From the NCBI GenBank assembly GCA_038248345.1, contig JBBRXO010000081.1:1-12781 (forward strand): DNA of 12,781 bases, given 5' to 3'. The DNA is from Armatimonadota bacterium. GTDB taxonomy: Bacteria > Armatimonadota > Hebobacteria > CAIYQO01. A model generated the notes under the pieces. The model searched no databases, was not told the DNA's origin, and worked only from the letters and a program-made list of their open reading frames with translations. Positions 1 to 7,510 of the stretch are shown piece by piece. Within the stretch, counting starts at the first letter, position 1. Every line of letters starts with the position of its first letter. A program made the translations under genes and the position numbers.

Positions 1-515
1 CTGAAGGCTTTTAACTGTTCTGCTTGTGCGGCGGTTAATTTTACCCCGAAGGCCACTACAGGTTCAGGCGTGGGGGGCTTGTCCATTATAGCCAGCTGTT
101 CGGGAGTAAGTATGGCCCGTAGCCGTAGCTTGATATTATCGTAAATTGCCGTCATCTGGGCATTTTTTTCAGCTTCAGATAATTTTGCATTCTCACGGAT
201 AAGTTTTTTGGCAGGATCTGCTGCGGTACTGAAGGCTTTAAACTGATCTGCCTGGGCGGCGGTTAACTTCACCCCGAAAGCCACTACAGCTTCAGGAGTG
301 GGGAGCTTGTCCATTTTAGCCAATTGTTCGGGAGTAAGTATAGCCCGAAGCTGCAGCTTGATATTATCGTAAATGGCCGTCATCTGGGTACGCTTGTCAG
401 TTTCAGATAAATTTTCATTCTCGCGGATAAGTATCTTCGCAGGTTCTGCTGCGACATTGAAGGCTTTAAATTGTTCTGCCTGCGCGGCGGTGAGCGTCAC
501 TCCGAAGGCCACTAC
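1..515 (-). repeat. 228-nt (76-codon) tandem coding repeat: units 515-288, 287-60 and a partial unit 59-1
   Basis: (c/t)tgaaggcttt recurs at 1, 229 and 457 (period 228). Units 1 and 2 share 60 of 76 aa by manual alignment. Confidence 0.95.
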
Positions 516-608
516 CGGTGCGGGCGTCTCAGTTGCCGCTTGTACAGATAACGCGCAACCCAACAGCGCGAGCGCCAAGAAGACGAAGTAAATTGATAGC
601 CTGGACAT
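1..608 (-). CDS. Exported protein with tandem 76-aa LTxxQ-motif (Spy/CpxP-like) repeats; 3' end lies outside the window
   Basis: Hand translation from ATG at 608: MSRLSIYFVFLALALLGCALSVQA-ATETPAP-VVAFGVTLTAAQAEQFKAF...LRAILTPEQLAKMDK..., open to position 1. GGGAGG Shine-Dalgarno (SD) at 615-620. Hydrophobic signal peptide ending VQA. Each repeat contains LTAAQ and LTPEQ. Confidence 0.85.
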   Translation of the reverse strand, partial: MSRLSIYFVFLALALLGCALSVQAATETPAPVVAFGVTLTAAQAEQFKAFNVAAEPAKILIRENENLSETDKRTQMTAIYDNIKLQLRAILTPEQLAKMDKLPTPEAVVAFGVKLTAAQADQFKAFSTAADPAKKLIRENAKLSEAEKNAQMTAIYDNIKLRLRAILTPEQLAIMDKPPTPEPVVAFGVKLTAAQAEQLKAF

Positions 609-652
609 AGATATCCTCCCGAATGAGGGTATTACCATCATTTTGACAAATT

Positions 653-670
653 TTACGGACAATTCCGTAA
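653..670. promoter_or_regulatory. Inverted repeat TTACGGA-caat-TCCGTAA in a divergent intergenic region; candidate operator
   Basis: Perfect 7-4-7 inverted repeat between the divergent starts at 608 and 761, with TTGACA at 643-648 just to its left. Confidence 0.4.
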
Positions 671-745
671 GTGCATAGAGTACATACGTAGAACCTGCAT
701 TTTTAGTTTCATCGGATATCTCAGTGTCTTCGCGGCGCGGGAATA

Positions 746-754
746 TGCTACAAT
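746..754 (+). promoter_or_regulatory. Extended -10 element TGcTACAAT; probable leaderless promoter of the GT4 gene
   Basis: TACAAT at 749-754 with TG at 746-747, 6 nt before ATG 761. No SD at normal spacing. Confidence 0.6.
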
Positions 755-760
755 ATCTTC

Positions 761-1924
761 ATGTTTAGTCGTCCTCGATTGCTCTATATTTGCTTCGATG
801 CCGTACCCTCGCCCAAGGGAGCAAGTACTCACGTGAGCGCTTTTGTGCGTACTTTGGCGGAGTGTTACGATGTTACGCTGCTTAGCTTGCCGCCATTCCC
901 TGGATATCTGGATGAGCTACCCGCACGACATATCATATTCCCCGGTACCGAGGAGAATTACCTGGAGCGCGCGCTGGCTTTTCAGGAGTACATCTGGGAT
1001 CACCTGGAGGTGGAGCAATATGATTTCATCCATTACCGCTCCATGTGGGCTGCCTTGCCGGTGGTGGAGGAGGCGAAGCGGAACGGAGCGCGCGTGCTGT
1101 GTGAGGTGAACGGGGTGGAGAGCATAGAGTTGAAGTACCATTATCCGGCCTTGCGCGCACGCCCGGAGTTGATGGCGAAGCTGCGTGCGCAGGAGCAACT
1201 GGCTTTCGACAGCGCTGACCATATCATCACCCCGTCGGCGGTGACGGCGAAGTATCTTGGTAAATGTGGGATCACTGCAGAGAAAATTACCGTGATCGCT
1301 AATGGTGTTGATACTGAATTGTTTCAGCCTGCGGAAGTTGCGAAAGTAAATGAACCGCTTACGGTTTTGTACGTTGGCACGCTCACGCCATGGCAGGGGG
1401 CGGAGTTCCTGCTGGATGCATTTCGGCGGGCCGTCGCGATAACTCCACTTCAATTGCTGTTCCTCAGTCCGGAGAGCGGGCGGTGGCGTGCCCCCTTGCA
1501 AAAGCGCATCGAGCGTTATGGGGTGAGGGAGATGGTGACATTCCTCCCCAGCACTGCGCATAATAGCGCGGGCGAGATAATCGCCGCGGCTGATATCTGC
1601 GTGGCCCCGCTGATGCCTACCGAGCGGAATATCGTGCAGGGGTGTAGCCCGCTGAAGCTCTTTGAATATATGGCCTGCGCCCGTCCTATCATCGCCGCTG
1701 ATCTGCCGGTGGTACGGGAGATTGTGCGGCATGAGGAGACCGCGTTGCTCTACAAACCTAACAAAGCCAGCCACCTGACTGCGGCGTTATTGCGGCTGGG
1801 GGGCGATGCCGAGTTGTGCGCCCGACTTGGTAATACTGCCCGCAAAGAGGTGGTGGAGCGCTTCACCTGGGAGCGCGCGGGGGAGTTGTTGCTAGGTGTG
1901 TATCGTGAGATACTGCATGGATAA
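761..1924 (+). CDS. Glycosyltransferase family 4 (GT-B fold, RfaB-like)
   Basis: 387 aa with motifs ADHIITPS, VIANGVDTELF, LYVGTL, SPLKLFEYMACARPIIAADL and RFTWE. Confidence 0.92.
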   Translation: MFSRPRLLYICFDAVPSPKGASTHVSAFVRTLAECYDVTLLSLPPFPGYLDELPARHIIFPGTEENYLERALAFQEYIWDHLEVEQYDFIHYRSMWAALPVVEEAKRNGARVLCEVNGVESIELKYHYPALRARPELMAKLRAQEQLAFDSADHIITPSAVTAKYLGKCGITAEKITVIANGVDTELFQPAEVAKVNEPLTVLYVGTLTPWQGAEFLLDAFRRAVAITPLQLLFLSPESGRWRAPLQKRIERYGVREMVTFLPSTAHNSAGEIIAAADICVAPLMPTERNIVQGCSPLKLFEYMACARPIIAADLPVVREIVRHEETALLYKPNKASHLTAALLRLGGDAELCARLGNTARKEVVERFTWERAGELLLGVYREILHG

Positions 1925-1932
1925 CCACCCCT

Positions 1933-1955
1933 GGGAACGCAGGCGTCTCGCCTGC
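1933..1955. repeat. REP-like GC-rich hairpin GGGAAC-GCAGGCG-TCT-CGCCTGC between convergent genes; possible terminator or 3' stabiliser
   Basis: Perfect 7-bp stem (1939-1945 with 1949-1955) and 3-nt loop, preceded by GGAAC, in the 37-nt gap between two stop codons. No U-tract on either side. Confidence 0.5.
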
Positions 1956-1961
1956 CTGGCG

Positions 1962-3155
1962 TTACGAATCAATAGCCACTGAAGTATCCTGCTTAGAATC
2001 AGGCACGTTGGAAGTGTGCGGTCCCTGCGGGTATAGCGCTAGCTGCCGTTCCAACTCCGCTGTCTGAGTGAAATTCGTCAGCATATGCGTCCGGGCGGCG
2101 GCACCAATTGTTTGGGTATCAGCATCCAGGATCTCCAGGCAACCTTCACCCAGCCGTTCCAGCTCATGCAGGCCGATAAGGTAGCCGTTCTCGCCATGGG
2201 TGATGATGTCGCGTATGCCGCCGGCGTCGCTGGCGAGTACCACCCGGCCACACGCCATGGCCTCCAGTACGCTGTTTGGCATGCCATCCCACAGTGAAGG
2301 CGAGAGCGCCAGGTCGAGCAAGTTGTAGTATTTGCAGAGTAGTGCGCGGTCTTCGGTGTAGGGGATGACGTGGATATCCGGGCGCAGCGTGGGGTTCTCG
2401 CGCAGGAAGAGCCGCAGCAGCATCCGGTCGGCGCCGCGCATACTGCCGATCAGCAACAGCTTCGCTGGTCGGTCGGCGCGTACAACGCGGAAGGCATCCA
2501 GCACGAAGTGCGTGCCCTTTTTGGCGCGTAGCTCCCCTACAAAGCCCAATAGCGCCTCTCCTTTGCTGTCAATATCCGCCAGCAGCGTTTTGTCACATCG
2601 CTGGGGAGAGAACAACTCAGTATCCACGGAGTTGGGCGTGAAAGTAATGTCGCTACGTTCCGAGAGCGCTTCTGCTTTACTGGCTAGCGCGCGCGAAACC
2701 GCGCCGATGGCGGTGGCGTTCTTTAGTGTCCATTCGATGAAGGGAAATTGCACCGGGTCGAACATTCCCCGGTCGACGTCATTGCCACGGATGCTCACGC
2801 ATGATTTTATCCCGAGTAGACGCGCGTAAAATGCCGCCAGATAGCCACCCGGATAGAGATTGTGACCGTGGATATTGGTGAAACTAAGACGTTCGTGCAG
2901 ATGAGTAATCAGATGGTCGGCCAGTTGCAGCGCTGTTGCCGTGTCTTCTGGTATCGCCCCCAGGCGGTGTACTACCAGCCCCCCCTCGCGAGCGCTTTGT
3001 ACTGCGCCCGGGGTGGTGTCAGCATTAATATGGAGCACATGCACCACAATGCCACGCCCCGCCAGCCCCCGTGCCAGCCGCGCCGCTGACACGCCTACGC
3101 CGCCCCCTTGTGGGGGATATTTATCGGTGATAAAGAGGATACGTTTTGCTGGCAA
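1962..3155 (-). CDS. Glycosyltransferase family 4 (GT-B fold)
   Basis: 397 aa, TTG start with GAGGT SD at 3161-3165. Motifs ILFITDKYPPQGGG, PNSVDTELF, GFVGELRAKKG, SPSLWDGMPNSVLEAMACG, ASDAGG and HGENGYL. Confidence 0.92.
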   Translation of the reverse strand: MPAKRILFITDKYPPQGGGVGVSAARLARGLAGRGIVVHVLHINADTTPGAVQSAREGGLVVHRLGAIPEDTATALQLADHLITHLHERLSFTNIHGHNLYPGGYLAAFYARLLGIKSCVSIRGNDVDRGMFDPVQFPFIEWTLKNATAIGAVSRALASKAEALSERSDITFTPNSVDTELFSPQRCDKTLLADIDSKGEALLGFVGELRAKKGTHFVLDAFRVVRADRPAKLLLIGSMRGADRMLLRLFLRENPTLRPDIHVIPYTEDRALLCKYYNLLDLALSPSLWDGMPNSVLEAMACGRVVLASDAGGIRDIITHGENGYLIGLHELERLGEGCLEILDADTQTIGAAARTHMLTNFTQTAELERQLALYPQGPHTSNVPDSKQDTSVAIDS

Positions 3156-3192
3156 TGATGACCTCGATAGATCATTAATTTCAACTACGACC

Positions 3193-3447
3193 TTATCCCC
3201 GCTTCTTTTCTACAAAGTCCGCGATAGAATTCACGTCCTTGAAGAGGCTTAGGCGGAATTCGTCTTCTTCAAAGGTGATACCGTAGACGTCTTCCAGGCC
3301 AACTACCAGTTCGAAGAGTGCGACGGAATCGATGCCCATCGTCTCTAATAGGGCCGCATCGTCAGGGATACCTTCCGGCTTCACGCGCAGGAAGAGGCGC
3401 TCGACGAGTAGTTCTTTAATCTCTTGTTTCAGATCTGCTGTAGCCAT
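3193..3447 (-). CDS. Acyl carrier protein (phosphopantetheine-binding)
   Basis: 84 aa, acidic, from ATG 3447 (GGAG SD at 3456-3459). MGIDSVALFELVVGLEDVYGI carries the GxDS phosphopantetheine serine and helix II pattern. Confidence 0.88.
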   Translation of the reverse strand: MATADLKQEIKELLVERLFLRVKPEGIPDDAALLETMGIDSVALFELVVGLEDVYGITFEEDEFRLSLFKDVNSIADFVEKKRG

Positions 3448-3461
3448 AGTTATTGCTCCAA

Positions 3462-5006
3462 TCATTTATTTTTCAGTTCTTCATGTGCCATTGCCACGGC
3501 GGTGAATTCATCTTTAAGCTGGGCGTAGAGTCGGGTGAAGATAGGATAGTATTTGTCATAAACACGGTTGTTGCTGGCGTTCGGTTTGACGCTATCCACA
3601 ACTTGGATAGTTTTGGCACATGCCTCTGGTACGCTATTGTAAACCCCGGTACCTACTCCGGCAAGTAATGCTACCCCCAGCGCCGGGCCTTCATCGATGT
3701 TGATAGTGACGCACTCACTACCATAGATATCCGCCTGGATTTGCCGCCAGATGGCTGAGCGCGCGCCCCCGCCGGAGAGGCGTATCTGGGTGGGGTTAAC
3801 ATTCATCGTACGGAAGATCTCTAGTGAATCGCGCAGGCCGTAAGAGACACCCTCCAGTACTGAGCGTACCATATAGGCACGATTGGTGCGAAGCGTGAGG
3901 CCAAAGAAGACACCGCGTGCGAAAGGATCGGGGTAGGGGCAACGCTCGCCCGTAAGGTAGGGCAGAAAAATCAAGCCTTCACTGCCGGCTGGAGCGAGAG
4001 CTGCTTCTTTACACAGCATATCATAGGGATCCATACCTACCGCATGTGCCACCGAGGTCTCCGCCTCCCCTAGGACGTCGCGATACCAGCGAAAGGAGCC
4101 GCCAGAGGAGAGTTGTACCCCCATTATATGCCATTCACCGGGCACCGCCGCGCAAAAGGTATGTGTGCGCAGTAGTTTATCTGTATTAGGTTTTTTCATG
4201 TGTGCGAAGAGTACACCGGAGGTGCCGACCGAGCAGGAGGCTATTCCTTCCTCAACGATGCCGTTGCCCACTGCGCCCGCCGCCTGGTCGCCGCCACCGC
4301 CCACAACCGGTGTGCCATCGGCCAGGCCGGTCAGTTTTGCGGCTTCTGCTGATACTTTGCCGCTCACTTCTGGCGATTCGTAGACCGTGGGCAACATATC
4401 TTCAGTAACATTGCAGGCGTCCAGCATCGGTGCTGACCACTGCCGCTGGGTGACATTGAGAAGGCCAGTGCCGGAGGCATCGGAGACTTCCGTTGCATAA
4501 ACTCCAGTCAGCAGCAGGCGGATATAATCTTTCGGCAAGAGGATCTTCTTCACGCGTGCCCATGCCTCTGGTTCATTTTGTTGCAGCCAGACGATTTTTG
4601 GGCTGGTGAAGCCGGTTAGTACGGGGTTTAGCGTCTCGGAAACTACAGTGTCACGTCCGGCGCGGTCGGTGATCCATTTGCATTGCTCGGTAGTGCGTTG
4701 GTCGCACCAGAGTAGCGCTGGGCGGATAACCTTGTTGTCCGCATCAAGGAAAACAGATCCATGCATTTGGCCAGAGAGGCCAATGCCCACAATCTCTGTT
4801 GGTTTGATGTTGGACTGCGCAAGTACGCGCTTCACACCATCAACAGTCGCGCGCCACCAGTCCGCCGGGTCTTGTTCAGCCCATAACGGGTGGGGGGTGT
4901 ATAAAGGATATTCTTCCGTCACACTGGCAATTTTATTACCTTTTACGTCCACCAACAGCACTTTCGTTCCGCTGGTGCCGACATCAATACCGAGTAAATA
5001 AGGCAT
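3462..5006 (-). CDS. xylB: Xylulokinase (FGGY carbohydrate kinase)
   Basis: Start placed at ATG 5006 (GGAGGT SD at 5012-5017). Motifs GIDVGTSGTK, GLSGQMHG, LLWCDQR, LLPKDY, SDASGT, GGGDQAAGAVG, VGTSG, FLPYLTGER, VLEGV and SGGGARS. Confidence 0.88.
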   Translation of the reverse strand: MPYLLGIDVGTSGTKVLLVDVKGNKIASVTEEYPLYTPHPLWAEQDPADWWRATVDGVKRVLAQSNIKPTEIVGIGLSGQMHGSVFLDADNKVIRPALLWCDQRTTEQCKWITDRAGRDTVVSETLNPVLTGFTSPKIVWLQQNEPEAWARVKKILLPKDYIRLLLTGVYATEVSDASGTGLLNVTQRQWSAPMLDACNVTEDMLPTVYESPEVSGKVSAEAAKLTGLADGTPVVGGGGDQAAGAVGNGIVEEGIASCSVGTSGVLFAHMKKPNTDKLLRTHTFCAAVPGEWHIMGVQLSSGGSFRWYRDVLGEAETSVAHAVGMDPYDMLCKEAALAPAGSEGLIFLPYLTGERCPYPDPFARGVFFGLTLRTNRAYMVRSVLEGVSYGLRDSLEIFRTMNVNPTQIRLSGGGARSAIWRQIQADIYGSECVTINIDEGPALGVALLAGVGTGVYNSVPEACAKTIQVVDSVKPNASNNRVYDKYYPIFTRLYAQLKDEFTAVAMAHEELKNK

Positions 5007-5056
5007 GAAATACCTCCAAAGATTCATTTAGCGCCGTCCCGACGCCCTGTTATTTA

Positions 5057-5065
5057 ATTATACCA
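5057..5065 (-). promoter_or_regulatory. Extended -10 TGgTATAAT upstream of xylB
   Basis: Plus-strand ATTATACCA reads TGGTATAAT on the minus strand, about 50 nt upstream of the xylB start. No good -35. Confidence 0.55.
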
Positions 5066-5160
5066 GTTAGGGGTGATTTCCTGCATATAATTGGCGTTTA
5101 AACAGGAAATGTTGGTACTTGTAAAAATGTGACCCAATTCCACAATAGAAGAATCCTAAA

Positions 5161-5180
5161 TGTGGTATTATTATACCACA
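5161..5180. promoter_or_regulatory. Palindrome TGTGGTAT-tatt-ATACCACA: overlapping divergent extended -10 elements and/or an operator
   Basis: Perfect 8-4-8 inverted repeat. Reads TGTGgTATTAT on plus (5161-5171) and TGTGgTATAAT on minus (5180-5170). Confidence 0.6.
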
Positions 5181-5195
5181 ATGAAAGGGGGCGAT

Positions 5196-5354
5196 ATGTC
5201 ACATCTGTGCAAAGACGAGAAACAGGAGAAGAAGGACAAGGAGAAGGTGAAAGAGCGCAAGGATGAGGGTGAATCGTACTACAAGTGCGAAAAGTGTGAT
5301 AGGGTTAGTCACAAAGAGAGCCATCTCTGCAAACCGAAGTTAGTGAAGCCGTAA
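5196..5354 (+). CDS. 52-aa Cys4 (HLC...CxxC...HLCxP) highly charged hypothetical protein, putatively metal-binding
   Basis: ATG 5196 follows an AAGGGGG SD. Sequence MSHLCKDEKQEKKDKEKVKERKDEGESYYKCEKCDRVSHKESHLCKPKLVKP. Ends 31 nt before ppk1. Confidence 0.75.
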   Translation: MSHLCKDEKQEKKDKEKVKERKDEGESYYKCEKCDRVSHKESHLCKPKLVKP

Positions 5355-5385
5355 ACATAGCCTGCTCACTTATAGGAAGGTATTT

Positions 5386-7506
5386 ATGTCAGGGAAAAAT
5401 GATGCGCACGCTGAAAGCGCCGTGAATATTCCTGTGCTTGATGAAACTGTCCGTATTGAACGGTATTTTAATCGCGAATACAGTTGGTTGGCCTTTAATG
5501 GGCGGGTATTGGAAGAGGGTCTGGATAGTAAGGCATCGCTATTAGAGCGCGTGAAATTTCTGGCCATTTTCGCCAGTAATCTCGACGAGTTTTTTATGAT
5601 TCGCGTTAGTGGGTTGCGACGTCCTTTCCTCAATACCAAAGATCAAGGCGAGAATATTGACGATCTGAAGGCACCGACAGAAGCGCTGGGGGCGATTCGC
5701 GAGATAATATTGCAACAATTAGAATTGCACTCCAATTGTTGGAATGATGATGTGATGCCATTACTCAAGAGTAGCGGTATCCATTTAGCGCATTATGCAG
5801 AATTAACAGAGCAGCAGAAGACGGCATTGGGGCAATATTTCACTCGTGAAATTTTCCCGGTGCTCACTCCGCTGGCTTTTGATCCGGCGCACCCATTCCC
5901 ACACATATCCAATTTGAGTTTAAATCTGGCGGTAGTGGTGAATGACCCGGTAGAGGGCGAGCGTTTTGCCCGCTTGAAAGTACCTACTGATACCTTCACA
6001 CGTTTAATCCCAGTACCTACAGCAGATAACACTGAAGATAAGAAGACATTTGTCTGGCTGGAGGAGGTGATAGCCGCTAACCTGGGCATGCTCTTCCCGG
6101 GCATTCATGTAGCTGCTTCCTATCCCTTCCGCATTACACGCGATGCGGATTTTGAGATTGAGGAAGATGAGGCTGATGACTTGCTGGCGATGGTAGAGGA
6201 AAGTGTCGAGTCGCGCGAGTTTGCCTCGGAAGTAAGGTTAGAAGTCGATGCGCAAATGCCGGAAAATATCCGCCGCTTGCTGATGAAGAATTTAAATATC
6301 GCGCCGTATCTAGTCTATGCCATTCATGAGCCGATCGGCATGGCTGATTTGATGCAACTGACAGCCTTAGATCGTCCTGACTTAAAAGATGCATATTTCT
6401 CGCCTGCGCAGATTCCCTCGTTGACGATGGGGGAGGATATCTTCTCACTTATTGATCGCCGCAACGTATTGCTTTATCACCCATACGACAGTTTTACTCC
6501 GGTGGTGGATTTTCTGCGCACTGCTGCACGAGATCCTAACGTACTGGCAATCAAGCAGACGCTATATCGCACGGGATCAAATTCTCCCATTGTAGAAGCA
6601 TTGCTGGAGGCGCGGGACAACGGCAAGCAGGTGGCAGTGCTGGTGGAGTTAAAGGCGCGCTTTGATGAAGAGAAGAACATCGCCTGGGCGCGCGCATTAG
6701 AGCAAGCAGGGGTACACGTAGCTTACGGTCTGATGGGATTAAAGACCCATGCGAAAATGAGTATGGTGGTACGGCGCAACGAAGATGGTATTAAACGCTA
6801 TGTACACTTGAGTACCGGCAATTACAATCCAACAACCAGTAAGCTATATTCCGATTTGGGATATTTTACTTCCGATGAGGGTATTGGCGCAGATGTATCT
6901 GATCTTTTCAACGCGCTCACCGGATATTCTCATAAAGTGAAGTATAAACGGTTAATGGTCGCTCCTGGCTCTATGCGGCAGGATATTTTATCGCGAATCG
7001 AGCGAGAAATCGCCCGGCAACACGAACACGGCGATGGCTATATTGCCTTTAAGATGAATTCACTGGTGGATCGCCCTTGCATTGATGCGCTTTATCGCGC
7101 ATCACAGGCCGGTGTGAAGGTTGAGTTGCAGATTCGCGGTATTTGTTGCTTACGTCCAGACATCCCGGGCGTTAGTGATAACATTCGCGTGACATCCATT
7201 GTGGGCCGTTTCCTGGAGCATGCGCGGATATATTACTTCCACAATGGTGGGGATGAGCAGATATATCTGGGTAGTTCTGATTTGATGCCGCGTAATCTGG
7301 ATCAGCGGGTGGAAATTCTATTCCCGGTAGATGATGCGCGGGTTCGTAAAAGTGTGAAAGAGATATTGGAGTTACATCTTAGCGATAACGTACAATCGCG
7401 ACGACTAAAAGTTGATGGTAGTTACGAGCGCTTGCATCCATCTTCTGGCGAAGCAGCGGTTAATTCGCAGAATTGGTTAATGGAACATGTGGGTAGCTGG
7501 GAGTAA
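5386..7506 (+). CDS. ppk1: Polyphosphate kinase 1
   Basis: 706 aa with YFNREYSWLAFNGRVL, SNLDEFFMIRV, HPFPHISN, HPYDSF, AIKQTLYR, ELKARFDE, KTHAK (phospho-His), TGNYN and GRFLEHAR. AGGAAGG SD. Confidence 0.97.
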   Translation: MSGKNDAHAESAVNIPVLDETVRIERYFNREYSWLAFNGRVLEEGLDSKASLLERVKFLAIFASNLDEFFMIRVSGLRRPFLNTKDQGENIDDLKAPTEALGAIREIILQQLELHSNCWNDDVMPLLKSSGIHLAHYAELTEQQKTALGQYFTREIFPVLTPLAFDPAHPFPHISNLSLNLAVVVNDPVEGERFARLKVPTDTFTRLIPVPTADNTEDKKTFVWLEEVIAANLGMLFPGIHVAASYPFRITRDADFEIEEDEADDLLAMVEESVESREFASEVRLEVDAQMPENIRRLLMKNLNIAPYLVYAIHEPIGMADLMQLTALDRPDLKDAYFSPAQIPSLTMGEDIFSLIDRRNVLLYHPYDSFTPVVDFLRTAARDPNVLAIKQTLYRTGSNSPIVEALLEARDNGKQVAVLVELKARFDEEKNIAWARALEQAGVHVAYGLMGLKTHAKMSMVVRRNEDGIKRYVHLSTGNYNPTTSKLYSDLGYFTSDEGIGADVSDLFNALTGYSHKVKYKRLMVAPGSMRQDILSRIEREIARQHEHGDGYIAFKMNSLVDRPCIDALYRASQAGVKVELQIRGICCLRPDIPGVSDNIRVTSIVGRFLEHARIYYFHNGGDEQIYLGSSDLMPRNLDQRVEILFPVDDARVRKSVKEILELHLSDNVQSRRLKVDGSYERLHPSSGEAAVNSQNWLMEHVGSWE

Positions 7507-7510
7507 AAAA

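Noticed and set aside
1..515. 228-nt repeats as a CRISPR array or non-coding repeat
   Set aside because: The period is a multiple of 3, there are no unique spacers, and the repeats lie in an open frame.
555..566. LLGC lipobox in the repeat protein
   Set aside because: Possible, but the hydrophobic stretch continues to a VQA-A signal peptidase I-like site. Cannot be decided without SignalP.
373..591. Plus-strand 72-aa ORF
   Set aside because: Antisense shadow of the minus-strand repeat protein, which has an SD, a signal peptide and codon-preserving repeats.
917..1774. 285-aa minus-strand ORF, and the other nested or antisense ORFs within the GT4, xylB, ppk1, CHAD, ppx and HAD genes
   Set aside because: They overlap well-supported genes, have no recognisable motifs, and are expected as stop-poor shadow frames.
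1962..2030. Low-complexity C-terminal tail of the second GT4 (PQGPHTSNVPDSKQDTSVAIDS)
   Set aside because: Probably a neutral extension beyond the usual GT4 end; no evidence of function.
4973..4980. tggtgccg matching the tRNA-Leu 3' end as an att-site duplicate
   Set aside because: Only 8 nt, inside the conserved GTSG codons of xylB, and no integrase is present.
5128..5144. TGTGA-N7-CCACA as a CRP or Rex site
   Set aside because: Spacing is one base off and the right arm is mismatched, which is easily chance in an AT-rich region.
5160..5195. Upstream starts for the microprotein (5160, 5181), and the ORF-track starts for xylB (5027), ACP (3465) and CHAD (7487)
   Set aside because: These extensions run through promoter or SD sequences or overlap the previous gene; the downstream ATGs have properly spaced SDs.
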